64,000 bases of DNA from Candidatus Spongiisociaceae bacterium (GCA_965262915.1 OZ253564.1:448001-512000), one strand, 5' to 3'. Shown: positions 1 through 10,212, counted from the first letter of the stretch. Notes: a model not told the origin generated them from the letters alone. A program made the numbers and translations.

Positions 1-77
1 GCAATGTTCCTCGATGTGCGGGTTCATGAGGTCTGCGAGTTCTCGCCGGCGCTGCGCCTCTGGAGTGGGCTTGTAGA

Positions 78-360
78 GCCTTCGACGTGGTGGGCCTCAA
101 GACCACGGCCGAGCAGGCGTTCGCCATGCTGCGCCCCGGGGGCACCGCCACCCTCATAGGCATGATTCCCCTCGGGGTCGAGATCTCTCTCCCGGGCGTC
201 GATTTCCTCGATGAGAAGACGGTCAAGGGCTCGAACGGGGGATGTCGACCCGGTCCCGGGTCGACATCCCCCGGTACCTCCACCTCTACCGCAGCGGACG
301 ATTCAAACTCGACGAACTGATCAGCCGTACACGTCCCCTCGAAGAGATCGGGGCTGGACG
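78..360 (+). pseudogene. Zn-dependent alcohol dehydrogenase, C-terminal fragment, frameshifted
   Basis: AFDVVGLKTTAEQAFAMLRPGGTATLIG...EKTVKGS continues in another frame as RVDIPRYLHLYRSGRFKLDELISRTRPLEEI, a typical MDR/ADH C-terminus. No intact N-terminus is visible. Confidence 0.6.
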
Positions 361-459
361 CCGAAGGCCGCCGCGAGGTCCACACGTTCAGGAAGAGACA
401 TTCCTCGCTCTTGCCCTCCCGGACCCGGTAACGGGCCGCCATTCCGCCCGTGGCGCCTC

Positions 460-658
460 CTGGTTGCGGAGGCGCCGGACCGGGTTGGAGGCGCGGGCGT
501 ACCCCGTCCCGGGGTGCAGGCGGGATCGGCTTGCGTACCGCCGTCTGCCGACTGGGCGCTGTGCAAGGAGAGCCCGCAAGAACATGATTCCCGTCCCCGG
601 TCGCGCCTCGAACCACGCCTGTCGTGGTCGTTACCAGGGGATCGTCGGGCCTGGTCAC
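460..658 (-). pseudogene. Type-B carboxylesterase N-terminal remnant
   Basis: GGAGG RBS (668-672) precedes GTG at 658. Across frames it reads PLVTTTTGVVRGATGDG..PVGRRRYA..PIPPAPRDGVR..PGPAPPQP, resembling a carboxylesterase N-terminus with several frameshifts. Confidence 0.5.
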
Positions 659-1003
659 GCGCCGGTTCCTCCAGGCTGGGCCGGCTGCTGGCGGGCTCGC
701 GGCCTGCATTCTCTCAAGAGGCTCCCTCGGAGAGTGCCCAACAATGACGGTGCTTGGCTCGTCGGTCCCCGACCCGGCATCCGCCGGTGGTCTACGGGCC
801 GCCCGAGGCTCCTCCGGCACCCTTCGTGAGGCCCGCGAGCCGCCGGTGACCCCGCACGCGGAGCGCTCCGGTGCCCGTCCCCGGTGAAGGTGCAGGGAGC
901 GGGCTTCAGGATGACCCACCGGCCCGGAGGTCGACCCTCCGGTCGGGTCCTCGACGCGCTTCCTATGCTGGGCTGATCCGGGAGCCGCCTAGGGAGTTGA
1001 TCC

Positions 1004-2668
1004 ATGTCAGATACGACGGGCCTTGTGGCCGGCTGGCCCAATATCGTCGTCATCCTCGCTGACGACCTCGGCTTCTCTGACCTCGGCTGCTACGGCTCCG
1101 AGATCGCCACGCCCGCGATCGATGCGCTCGGCTACGGTGGCCTGCGTTTCACCCAGATGTACAACTCTGCACGGTGTTGCCCGTCGCGAGCCGCCCTGCT
1201 GACCGGCCTGCACCCGCACCAAGCCGGCATCGGGCACATGACATACACCATGTCGGACACGGATCCCGCCTACCAGGGATTCCTCAACGACTCGTGCGTG
1301 ACCATCGCGGAGGTGCTCCGGGCGGCGGGCTACCGCACGCTCATGTCGGGCAAGTGGCATGTGGCGCGCCAACGACCCATGGCGGAGCGCGCCTCCTGGC
1401 CCGACGATCGCCCCGGCTACCCCCTGCCCACCGAGAGAGGCTTCGACGAGTTCTTCGGCACCATCGGTGGGGCCGGTTCGTACTACAAGCCCACCTACAT
1501 GATGCGAAACGACGATCTGCTCGAGCAGAACGAACTCGACTGGTATTACACGGATGTGATCACCGACCATGCCCTCGACATGGTGGCCGAGGCGACCGGC
1601 GACGGGGTGCCCTTCTTTCTCTACCTGGCCTATACCGCTCCGCACTGGCCGCTGCATGCCATCGAGGAGGACATCGCCCGGTACGAGAGCCGCTACCGGC
1701 AGGGATGGGATGCGCTCCGGACCGCTCGCCACGAGGAGCTGAAAGCCGGCGGCCTCGTCGATCCCCGGTGGCCGATCAGCCCCCGGGACCCGACCTCCTT
1801 TCCATGGGAGGAGTCGACGTACCCGGATTGGGAAGCCCATCGGATGGCGGTCTACGCCGCCCAGATCGATCGCATGGACCAAGGCGTTGCCAGGCTGGTT
1901 GCCGAACTGCGCAGGAGCGGCCAACTCGACAACACCATCATCTTCGTGCTCTCGGACAATGGCGGGGCCGCCGAGTTTCTCGCCGAGGACGGCCCCATGC
2001 GGCCCGGCTGGTTGGCTCATGACACCCCCGACGGACGGCCGATCCACTACGGGAACACGCCCGATCTGAGCCCCGGCGGACCGGAGACGTTCCAGAGCTA
2101 TGACATCTGCTGGGCGAATGCCTCGAACACGCCGTTTCGCCGGTTCAAGGGATGGGTACACGAAGGGGGGATCTCGACGCCCCTGATCGTTCACTGGCCG
2201 GGCGGTATTCCCTCGCCGGGGATCGTGCGCACCCCGGCCCACATCATCGACATCATGCCGACCTGCCTCGAGGTCGCAGGTGCGGACTATCCGACTCACT
2301 TCGGCCCCAACGACATTACCCCGTGCGAGGGTCGGAGCCTGGTACCCACCTTCACGCGTCACGATTGGCAGCGGCCGGGGTCGTTGTTCTTCGAGCACGA
2401 GGGCTACCGGGCAATACGGCGGAAATCGTGGAAGCTCGTGAGCGCCGACCTGAGGAGTTGGGAGCTGTACCGGATCGAGAACGATCGGACCGAGAGCACG
2501 GACCTCTCCGGGCGGGAGAGGCCCCGGGTCATCCGGATGGCGCGAGAATGGAACGAGTGGGCGAGCCGGGTCGGGGTCAGCTTCACGCTGCGCGAGGACC
2601 TCGCCCAGTTGTTCGAACTGGAACGGAGGGGGGTCGACCAGGGACGCGCCCGGCTACGGCGGGCGTGA
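1004..2668 (+). CDS. Arylsulfatase (formylglycine-dependent sulfatase)
   Basis: PNIVVILADDLGFSDLG; CCPSRAALLTG (CxPxR motif); GKWH; YTAPHWPLHA; SDNG; HEGGISTP. Confidence 0.93.
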   Translation: MSDTTGLVAGWPNIVVILADDLGFSDLGCYGSEIATPAIDALGYGGLRFTQMYNSARCCPSRAALLTGLHPHQAGIGHMTYTMSDTDPAYQGFLNDSCVTIAEVLRAAGYRTLMSGKWHVARQRPMAERASWPDDRPGYPLPTERGFDEFFGTIGGAGSYYKPTYMMRNDDLLEQNELDWYYTDVITDHALDMVAEATGDGVPFFLYLAYTAPHWPLHAIEEDIARYESRYRQGWDALRTARHEELKAGGLVDPRWPISPRDPTSFPWEESTYPDWEAHRMAVYAAQIDRMDQGVARLVAELRRSGQLDNTIIFVLSDNGGAAEFLAEDGPMRPGWLAHDTPDGRPIHYGNTPDLSPGGPETFQSYDICWANASNTPFRRFKGWVHEGGISTPLIVHWPGGIPSPGIVRTPAHIIDIMPTCLEVAGADYPTHFGPNDITPCEGRSLVPTFTRHDWQRPGSLFFEHEGYRAIRRKSWKLVSADLRSWELYRIENDRTESTDLSGRERPRVIRMAREWNEWASRVGVSFTLREDLAQLFELERRGVDQGRARLRRA

Positions 2669-2732
2669 GTACCGCTCCCCGCACGGCGCCCCGTGGCGAG
2701 GCGCCAGTTGTGGAGAATGAGAGGAGGCTCGG

Positions 2733-3089
2733 TTGCGCCGCGTGGTCAAGATCATGACCGAGGAGGAATGGGAGAACTCGTTGGGCTCGGGGAGGGTATT
2801 TGTGTCCTCGTCGGAGAACGACGTAAGGGACGGCTTCATTCATTGCGCGTCCGCAGAACAGGTGACGGGTTCGTTGACGAGGTGGTACTCGGATCAGGCG
2901 AAGGTGGTGATCGTCGAGATCGATGCCGACAGGTCGGCCGCCGACGTGAGGTGGGAGCCCAACGCAGAGGGAGAGCTCTGGCCCCACATCTACGGTTCGA
3001 TCACCCCGGAGGCCGTCGCCGGCGCCCGGATGGCCATACGGCAGGAGAATGGAACCTTCCGGCTCGGCGCAGACCTCCACGGCGGGTGA
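2733..3089 (+). CDS. DUF952 domain protein
   Basis: DGFIHCASAEQV and VRWE...LWPHIYGSI motifs; AGGAGG RBS upstream. Confidence 0.85.
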   Translation: MRRVVKIMTEEEWENSLGSGRVFVSSSENDVRDGFIHCASAEQVTGSLTRWYSDQAKVVIVEIDADRSAADVRWEPNAEGELWPHIYGSITPEAVAGARMAIRQENGTFRLGADLHGG

Positions 3090-3249
3090 CCGGTCCTGCC
3101 GGACCTCGGCCCGGCTTAGGAGAATGCTGAACAATGACGATTACTGTTGGCCTGTCGCTCGCTGACCAGGCATTTTATGGTTGAGCGACGGGCCCCTTGT
3201 GGATTGCTCAGCACTCCCCCAGACCCCGCCGCCGGAAAGGAGACGCACC

Positions 3250-5304
3250 GTGTGCTGTGACGTTCCGGATTTCGAACTGCCGGAATCCATCCAGGAGATG
3301 GTTGCGCAGTACCGGTTGCGGATCGGGGCACCGGTCGACCGGTGGGGCCTCGACGCCTGGGCGTCCCCCGCGGCGGCGACGGGTGAAGAACTCGCCGGAG
3401 ATGCACGATTCCGGCGGGCCGTCGGCGTCCGGCAGGCGAGTATGGCGGGCTCGGCGTCACTCGAGGATCTCTACGGACCCGACGCCGTCGGAGTCGTGGT
3501 CCGGGACGCGCTGGGGGGTCGGATCCCGCCCGGGCTCGGCGTCGTCACCGTTCTCGGGAACGCGGTCCGGCTCGATTCCGGGGCGCCCCGCTCACACCTC
3601 CCCGGTCGGCCGGCGCGGGCGTGGCTGATGGTCGACTCATCCGTCGGCAGGTCCGTGCCGGTTCGTGTCGGCAATAGCGAGCGGGTGGTACCACCGCGGG
3701 GAGCACTTCTCACCGAGGTCGCTCCCGGAACCCTGTCGTCGGTCGACGGGCATCCGGTCGCAGTGGAGAGCCTGTTCACTCGAAGCGAGCCGGCGGTACT
3801 GAGTTTGCGGGCGCTCGCGCTCTCCCGATGGTCGGTGGTCGACGAACGGGGCTGGGGCTGGTTCCCGCAGGGTTGCCTCGAGAAGTACGACTACCACGGG
3901 CGTCCCTTCTTCCATGCCGGCGAGGTCAACTTGCCGGTGCCGTCGGGCCGGCTTGAGGTCTCCGTGACCAGGGGTATCGGCTGGACCACCGAGCGGGAGA
4001 CGTTATCGGTGGAACCCGGCGAGCAGCGCACGGTCGAGATGGCGCCGGGCATACGCTTCGATCCGGGAGAGAAGGGCTGGTACGGCGCCGATCTTCACGT
4101 GCATATGAACTACGGAGGGAACCAGGTTTGCGAGCCGGCAGACGCGGCCCGTATGCAGGTGGGCGAGGGACTCGACTTCATGAGCCTGCTCGCCGCCAAC
4201 ATCTCCACGGCCCTGGTGTACGACCGGGAAGCGCTCGAGGCATGGCCGGAGCGGGACCTGCCGTGGTCCGGCGCCAAGTACAGGGCGAGGATGGGCGTGG
4301 AGTACCGCAACGACCTGCTCGGGCATTTCCACGTGACGGCGCCGGCAGGCCGGCCGGAGCGGTTCGCCAGCGGGCACGGGAACCGTCCGGATTGGCCACC
4401 GAACTCGGAAGTTGCCCGTGAGTACCGGGCCGCCGGAGCGACCGTCGGCTACTGCCACCCGGTATATCCCGAGAGCATCCCGTGGCAGCCCGGAGCGGTT
4501 CACCACGCCGATCCGCTCGATCGGGTCATGCGGAGGACCAACCCGCGCAACGTGGAGGCGAGGGAGATCGTCGCGGATGCCGCCCTCGGATTGGTCGACA
4601 GTCTCGATGTTGTCTCGAATGCGGACGACCGGGCCGGAGCGGTGCTGTATCGTCGGTTGCTGGGAACGGGGCTCCGGCTGGCGGCAACGGCAGGCACCGA
4701 CGCGATGCTCTCGGTACGCCACAGCGGTGTTCGGTCGAACCCTCCCGGCTGGTCACGGGTGTACGTGAGGGCAGGGGAGCACCTCGACGCCGACTCCCTC
4801 AAGGCGGCGATCCGGCGGTGCGAGACGATCGCCACGAACGGACCGTGGATCGAATTCGACGTCGGTGGCCGGGGCCCCGGATCGACGATCGCGGCGCGAC
4901 CGGGGGAGCGGCTCCCGGTGATCGTGCGGGCGGTGGGCCCCGGCGCCGACCGGCCCTCCCTCGTGACTGCCCATGGTCCGGTAGTCATGCTCGACAGCGG
5001 CGCCGGATGGACGGCCGAAGTCGAGATCCACGAGTCGACCTACCTGCTGGCAACGGTCGAAGGCGATCCGCATCCCGAAGTGCTCGCCCCGTTGCCGTTC
5101 GCGATCACCAGCCCGGTGTGGGTGGAGATCGACGGTAAGCCGGTGTGCGTCGAGGAGGATGTCAGGTGGTGCCTGCGCTGGCTGGACGAACTCGAGCGGG
5201 TCGTGGGAGAACACGGACGGTTCGAGGTGGCCGCCCAGCGTTCCGACCTGATACGAACCATCGATCAGGCGCGCTCCTCGTATCAGGCGAGGCTGGACGG
5301 CTGA
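3250..5304 (+). CDS. CehA/McbA-family metallohydrolase (PHP-like)
   Basis: GWYGADLHVHMNY, EYRNDLLGHF, YCHP, AGTDAMLS, ATNGP motifs. Start placed at GTG 3250 after an AGGAG RBS; the ORF is open from 3181. Confidence 0.72.
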   Translation: MCCDVPDFELPESIQEMVAQYRLRIGAPVDRWGLDAWASPAAATGEELAGDARFRRAVGVRQASMAGSASLEDLYGPDAVGVVVRDALGGRIPPGLGVVTVLGNAVRLDSGAPRSHLPGRPARAWLMVDSSVGRSVPVRVGNSERVVPPRGALLTEVAPGTLSSVDGHPVAVESLFTRSEPAVLSLRALALSRWSVVDERGWGWFPQGCLEKYDYHGRPFFHAGEVNLPVPSGRLEVSVTRGIGWTTERETLSVEPGEQRTVEMAPGIRFDPGEKGWYGADLHVHMNYGGNQVCEPADAARMQVGEGLDFMSLLAANISTALVYDREALEAWPERDLPWSGAKYRARMGVEYRNDLLGHFHVTAPAGRPERFASGHGNRPDWPPNSEVAREYRAAGATVGYCHPVYPESIPWQPGAVHHADPLDRVMRRTNPRNVEAREIVADAALGLVDSLDVVSNADDRAGAVLYRRLLGTGLRLAATAGTDAMLSVRHSGVRSNPPGWSRVYVRAGEHLDADSLKAAIRRCETIATNGPWIEFDVGGRGPGSTIAARPGERLPVIVRAVGPGADRPSLVTAHGPVVMLDSGAGWTAEVEIHESTYLLATVEGDPHPEVLAPLPFAITSPVWVEIDGKPVCVEEDVRWCLRWLDELERVVGEHGRFEVAAQRSDLIRTIDQARSSYQARLDG

Positions 5305-5461
5305 GAGGAGCGGCTGGATTCTCGCCGTGGGTGTGGATGCGCCGCACGCCGAACCGCTCCAGCTCCACGAGAGTACGCCGCAGGATGGCCGGCACCACCA
5401 AAACGTGCGCGACGCCGTACCCGTCCAGCATCTCCGCAAGGGCTCGAGCGCCGGTCATCAT
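5305..5461 (-). pseudogene. ThDP-binding enzyme N-terminal remnant
   Basis: MMTGARALAEMLDGYGVAHVLVVPAILRRTL..GVRRIHTHGE, truncated where it meets the convergent metallohydrolase stop codon. Confidence 0.6.
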
Positions 5462-5488
5462 GCTGGGGGACGTTAACGGTCGCGGCTC

Positions 5489-5787
5489 GTCCCTGGGATG
5501 GATCCGGTCAGGACGGTGCCAGCCCTTTCGGGTTGACCGCCGTGGGTGGCGTCTCGCCTGCCAGGGCGGCGAGCAGGTTGCGTACGGCCAGCTCCCGCAT
5601 CCGTCGCCGGGTCTGCGTGGTGGCGGTACCGATATGGGGCAAGCACACCACGTTGGGCAGGTCGAGGAGTGGTTGGCCGGGGGCGGGAGGTTCGGTCTTG
5701 AGGACATCGAGGGCGGCGCCAGCGATGGTGCCTGTTCTCAGGGTCTCGGTCAGCGTCCGCTGGTCGACCAGCTCGCCCTGGGCCGTT
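5489..5787 (-). repeat. Diverged ~300-bp direct-repeat copy of the 3' end of the 2-hydroxyacid dehydrogenase (partner 6863-7161)
   Basis: Collinear with 6863-7161. It encodes LVDQRTL..GAALDVL..EPP..LLDLPNVVCLPHIGTAT..LAPS* and shares ~20 bp downstream of the stop. Confidence 0.88.
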
Positions 5788-5804
5788 CCCCGGCTGTCGA
5801 GGTC

Positions 5805-5834
5805 AAAAAAGACCCGGCCCTAAGTGGGCCGGGT
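5805..5834 (-). terminator. Rho-independent terminator
   Basis: Perfect 9-bp GC-rich stem (5812-5820/5826-5834) with a 5-nt loop, followed on the minus strand by CTTTTTT. Confidence 0.8.
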
Positions 5835-5879
5835 GGGTAACCGCCCCTGATACAAGCGCATCAGGAGCTAAGCGCTTGT
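5805..5879 (-). ncRNA. Candidate ~75-nt structured small RNA downstream of the NYN gene
   Basis: Lies between an extended -10 and the terminator. Contains overlapping complementary pairs ACAAGCGC/GCGCUUGU and GCUCCUGAU/AUCAGGGGC. Confidence 0.4.
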
Positions 5880-5883
5880 GCCC

Positions 5884-5892
5884 AATATAACA
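5884..5892 (-). promoter_or_regulatory. Extended -10 promoter (TGnTATATT)
   Basis: Minus strand TGTTATATT in an AT-rich patch just downstream of the NYN stop codon. Confidence 0.45.
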
Positions 5893-5928
5893 CAAGTATT
5901 AGCCCGGGGACACGGAGGTGGCGTCGGG

Positions 5929-6666
5929 TTACCACCGTGGGAGACGCTGGTATGTTCCCACCGTTTCGGGAAGCTGACACGAGTGGAAATCATTGGCTGC
6001 CAACCGATACCACCAATGCCCGCCGACACCGTCATCGTGTCTGCCGCGAAGGTCCCCGGCCGTCGGGTTCGTGCTCGGGTTGACGACGCCCACCGGAACC
6101 CGTTGGCGGGCTAACCGTATCGGGAAGCGCAGGTCACTGTCATTCGAGATAACAATCGCAGCGTCCATTCGCCTGGTCAACACGTCGAACAGCAGATGGG
6201 AGGCTAGGTTCACGTCAGTCGCTTTCTCCTCCTCCCTTAGGTACGACACCATGAATCGGGCGTCGTGAACGGCCGCACCGGTACCGTCCTGCACCATCAC
6301 CGGCCATCGAGACGTGTGGACAACCGGCCGGCCGTTCCTGTCCCGCGTCGCCAACAGTCCGGTCTTCCAGCGAGCCGTGAACCTGCCCTTCTCAAGGTGA
6401 TCAAACGAGCGGTTAGCTTTCAATGCGGCCACATACACCTGCTGCCGTTGGTGCTCCGCAGGGTGGATATTCCCGTCTATGAACGCAGTGCAGTACACCA
6501 CACGCTGAAGCAGCGCACCTTGCTTCAGCCAGTCGGAACGGCGTGCTAGCAGCCGTTCGCTAAGTTGACGCAGGTCAAGCCACCGCCACCCTCGCGCAGC
6601 TCTACCGAAGTGGCTTCGACCTCCGTAGTACAGATTCAGACCATCGACGTACACGCCAACCTTCAT
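5929..6666 (-). CDS. NYN-domain (PIN-like, LabA/DUF88) ribonuclease
   Basis: MKVGVYVDGLNLYYG, EEKATDVNLASHLL, ISNDSDL catalytic Asp motifs; GGAG RBS; lower GC than its neighbours. Confidence 0.9.
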   Translation of the reverse strand: MKVGVYVDGLNLYYGGRSHFGRAARGWRWLDLRQLSERLLARRSDWLKQGALLQRVVYCTAFIDGNIHPAEHQRQQVYVAALKANRSFDHLEKGRFTARWKTGLLATRDRNGRPVVHTSRWPVMVQDGTGAAVHDARFMVSYLREEEKATDVNLASHLLFDVLTRRMDAAIVISNDSDLRFPIRLARQRVPVGVVNPSTNPTAGDLRGRHDDGVGGHWWYRLAANDFHSCQLPETVGTYQRLPRW

Positions 6667-6881
6667 GAACTCTCCTGACAGGGTGCGCTCGCCGCTCCCA
6701 TCGAGGAAGCAACCATACAGAGGCATAGGCTCCTCGGAGAGCAAACCCAACGGCCCCAGCCGGCCGAGCGGAAGGAGATCAGAGCATCGGCGAGAAAGGA
6801 CGTAACGCCAGACGTCGATCCCGCCAGCGTTTCACCGGCTAGCTGTGACAACCGGGGATGTTGTCCCTGGGATGGATCCGG

Positions 6882-7859
6882 TCAGGACGGTGCCAGCACT
6901 TTCGGGTTGACCACCGTGGGTGGCGTCTCGCCCGCCAGGACTGCGAGCAGGTTGCGTACGGCCAGCTCCCGCATCCGTCGCCGGGTCTGGGTGGTGGCGG
7001 TACCGATATGGGGCAAGCACACTACGTTGGGCAGGTCGAGGAGTGGTTCGCCGGGGCCGGGGGGTTCGGTCTCGAGGACGTCGAGGGCGGCGCCGGCGAT
7101 GGCGCCGCATCTCAGGGCCTCGGTCAGCGCCCGCTGGTCGACTAGCCCGCCCCGGGCGGTGTTGATGAGGTAGGCGGTGGGCTTCATGAATTGCAGCTCT
7201 TCCGTACCTATGAGATGCCGGGAGGCCTCGTTCAGGTCGGCGTGGAGCGTGACGAAGTCCGAGTGGCGGAGCAACTTGTCGAGAGGGCGGTACCGGCTGG
7301 CCGGTGCCTTCGGATGAGGGTCGGCGATCGCGTCGTACCACAACGTGCGCATCCCGAAGGTCTGCATGCGGCGGGTGACCTCCTGGCCGATACGGCCGAA
7401 CCCGACGACGCCGAGGGTCTTGCCATCGACATCGGTGCCGAGATCCGGCGGCGGCTCGCCCCGCGCCCATCCCCCCGACCGAGCGTACCGCTCGTTGTCG
7501 AACAGCCGTCTCGCCAGCGAGAAGATCATCATCATGGTGAGATCGGCCACCGCCGCGGTGAGAACGCCGGGGGTGTGGCAGACGACGACGCGCCGTCGTG
7601 TCGCCTCGGCCATGTCGATCGTGTCGTAGCCGACGCTGGCCGTGGACAGGACCCGCATCCGTGGCGCCGCCTCGAAGAACTGCTTGTCAACCGGCGTCAG
7701 GGGATTCAGGAGAACACCGTCGGCGTCACCGATTGCATCGAGTTGAGCGCTCCGAACGGCTGCCATGTCCGCGAAACGGACTTCGTGGCGTTCCTCGATC
7801 GCGGAGACGAGGTCTGATTCGAAGGCCGGGAAGATGCACACCGTGAGTCGCTCGACCAC
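6882..7859 (-). CDS. D-isomer-specific 2-hydroxyacid dehydrogenase (glyoxylate reductase/D-glycerate dehydrogenase-like)
   Basis: SVGYDTID, HTPGVLT, GVVGFGRIG, INTARG, LDVLETEP, PHIG motifs. Confidence 0.92.
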   Translation of the reverse strand: MVERLTVCIFPAFESDLVSAIEERHEVRFADMAAVRSAQLDAIGDADGVLLNPLTPVDKQFFEAAPRMRVLSTASVGYDTIDMAEATRRRVVVCHTPGVLTAAVADLTMMMIFSLARRLFDNERYARSGGWARGEPPPDLGTDVDGKTLGVVGFGRIGQEVTRRMQTFGMRTLWYDAIADPHPKAPASRYRPLDKLLRHSDFVTLHADLNEASRHLIGTEELQFMKPTAYLINTARGGLVDQRALTEALRCGAIAGAALDVLETEPPGPGEPLLDLPNVVCLPHIGTATTQTRRRMRELAVRNLLAVLAGETPPTVVNPKVLAPS

Positions 7860-7902
7860 GCGTCAAGCGCTCCTGGATGCGGGTAGGAAGCCCGGTCGAC
7901 TC

Positions 7903-9534
7903 TCAGAAGACCGGATAGGTGTACTCCTTGGCGGTTATGAACTCAAGCAATGCCGGCGTGCCCTCCCGCGTCTGGCAGATTCCGCGCCGGATGGCCGGGA
8001 CTATCTCCGAGGGCTCGGTGATCCGCTCGCCGTAGCCTCCGAACGCCTTGGCCATGTCTGCGTAGTTCCCCGAGATGTCTGTGCTGCCGTACTTCTCCTG
8101 GGCCACCTGCATTATGGGGATCTCGATCGCCATCGAGAAGTTGTTGAGGAGGATGGACAGGATGGGGATCCGTTCCCTCACCGCCGTCTCGAAGTCCATT
8201 CCGGTGAAGCCGATGGCTGCGTCGCCCCACACGTTGATGCAGAGCTTCTCGGGCCGGGCCAGCTTCGCTCCCATGGCCAGGCCCAATCCGTACCCCAGTT
8301 GCGTCGTCTTGCCCCACCCCAGGTAGCTGAGCGGTTCCCGGCTCACCCAGAACGGGGACATCTGGTCACGAGGACTGCCTGCGTCGTGGGTGACGATGGT
8401 CTCGGCCGGGTCGACCGTGTGCAACAGGTCCCAGATCACCCGGTACGGCGACAGCGGCTGCTCCTCGGAGGACAGCCTGGGCATCCAATCCGCGATCCAT
8501 CCCGCGTTGAGGTCACGGATCCGGCCGGTAATTCCTTGCCGTGCCTCTGCCTGGGGGAGGGCGCGACCCGCCAGTTCATCGAGCAGTGCCCGGAGCACGA
8601 GCTGCGCATCGCCCACAACGGGATGCTGGACTTCGAGATCCTTGTTCAGGTCGTCCGGGTCGAGGGTGGCATGGATGAAGGTCTTGCCCTCAGGCATCTC
8701 GAGGCCGAAGGCGGTGGTGGTGAAGCTGCACCCGATCCCGAAGATCACATCGGCGTCGTCCAGAAACCTGCGAACGGCGAGGGTTGTCGACCGTCCCGCC
8801 GAACCGAGGGCCAGCGGGTGCGCCTCGTCGAAGGCGCTCTTACCCCCCAAGCTGGTGGTTACCGGAGCCTTCAGTAGCTCCGCCAGCTCCCGCAATTCCG
8901 GCCAGGCCTTGGCGTAGTGAACCCCCTGTCCGGCGTATATCACCGGACTTCGCGCATTCGCCAGGATCTCCGCCGCGGCGGAAGCGTCTTCGGGGTCGGG
9001 GCCGACCCGGGTCGAGAAACTCGGCTGGTAGCGGAGTGGCTCGGGAACGTCCTGGCCGAACAAGTCGATGGGGACCTCGACCAGCACCGGGCGGGGACGC
9101 CCGTTGCGGAGTCGGGCGAAAGCCCGGCGCATCACCTCCGGAACTGCCTCGGCGACCGTCACCTGTTCCGACCACTTGGTGACGTGGTGGTAGTTGAGGG
9201 CGGAGTTGAAGTTGGGCGCCACCTGGGCGAGGCGTCGCGGGTAGCCGGCCGGCAAGACCAGGATCGGGACGGACTCACCGTAGGCCTGTGCTACCCCTCC
9301 GAAAGCATTCTCGGCGCCCGGTCCGTGCTGCATGGCAAACACGCCGATACGGTCGCCCGAGTTGACCCGGCTGTAGGCATCCGCCATATGCAGACCGATA
9401 CGTTCCTGGCGCACGACGATGGTGCGGATGTCCGCTTCGGCGCAGGCTTCGATGATCGGGTTGACGGGGTAGCTGACGAGGAACTCCACGCCCTCCCGTT
9501 TCAGGATCTCGGCGATGGCAGCGGCGACTTTCAT
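7903..9534 (-). CDS. Thiamine pyrophosphate-dependent enzyme (acetolactate synthase-like family)
   Basis: RQERIGLHMADA, QHGPGAEN, GDAA...NN ThDP-binding motif. Confidence 0.9.
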   Translation of the reverse strand: MKVAAAIAEILKREGVEFLVSYPVNPIIEACAEADIRTIVVRQERIGLHMADAYSRVNSGDRIGVFAMQHGPGAENAFGGVAQAYGESVPILVLPAGYPRRLAQVAPNFNSALNYHHVTKWSEQVTVAEAVPEVMRRAFARLRNGRPRPVLVEVPIDLFGQDVPEPLRYQPSFSTRVGPDPEDASAAAEILANARSPVIYAGQGVHYAKAWPELRELAELLKAPVTTSLGGKSAFDEAHPLALGSAGRSTTLAVRRFLDDADVIFGIGCSFTTTAFGLEMPEGKTFIHATLDPDDLNKDLEVQHPVVGDAQLVLRALLDELAGRALPQAEARQGITGRIRDLNAGWIADWMPRLSSEEQPLSPYRVIWDLLHTVDPAETIVTHDAGSPRDQMSPFWVSREPLSYLGWGKTTQLGYGLGLAMGAKLARPEKLCINVWGDAAIGFTGMDFETAVRERIPILSILLNNFSMAIEIPIMQVAQEKYGSTDISGNYADMAKAFGGYGERITEPSEIVPAIRRGICQTREGTPALLEFITAKEYTYPVF

Positions 9535-10212
9535 GAGTTGATCACCGGCTCACGACCGAAGGCCATGTCCCGGCGGGCCACCGCGCTGTTCCCGAGGGCT
9601 GGTGAGTCGTCCATATCCAGGAGAATCCCACTGCCCAGCGCAGATTCACCAGTTTCGTAACGGATGTAGATTCCCGCCTGGGACGCGTTCGGGGCGGCCA
9701 CTGACTCCTCCTGATCGGTCACAGAGACACGGCGCATCTCGTCGAGCTACCGCATCATGGCAGCCTACCCACCGGGTGAGGGCACCCCGATCTAGAGCCC
9801 GCAGAAGTGGTGGACCCCCAATTGGGAGAGTGCCGAGAAACCCCCCGTAGGCCCGACGGTCGATGACAAAATGCCAGGTCGGCGGACGGAGGGCCAACCA
9901 ATATCACCGTTCTTGAGCACCCTCTAACTGTCCGCCAACCGGCTACCGGGCCATACTCAAGGCATCGCGCCGCACCACGAAGTTGCTGCTGCTGACGATC
10001 ACTGAGATTTCCCAGTCTCGATCACCCCCAGTCTCGATCACCGAAACTTCACAGAGGGTTCTCGGGGGTCGTGCTAGAGCGGCCTGGGGTCAGGGTGCGA
10101 GGTCTCGGGCGCGGTGAAGCCGCCGGCGGGTGCAGCCGGTGTGGGAGTTCCCGGGCCCGGATGCCGTACTGGGTCACAGACAGGCTCCAACCCGGTGCGC
10201 GGGCGCAACTCT

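Noticed and set aside
9790-9850. Possible IS3 left-end relic (GAAGTGGTGGACCCC...GTGCCGAGA)
   Set aside because: Too short and degenerate to support without a search.
10011-10042. 16-bp tandem duplication CCCAGTCTCGATCACC x2
   Set aside because: Only two units with no spacer; most likely replication slippage.
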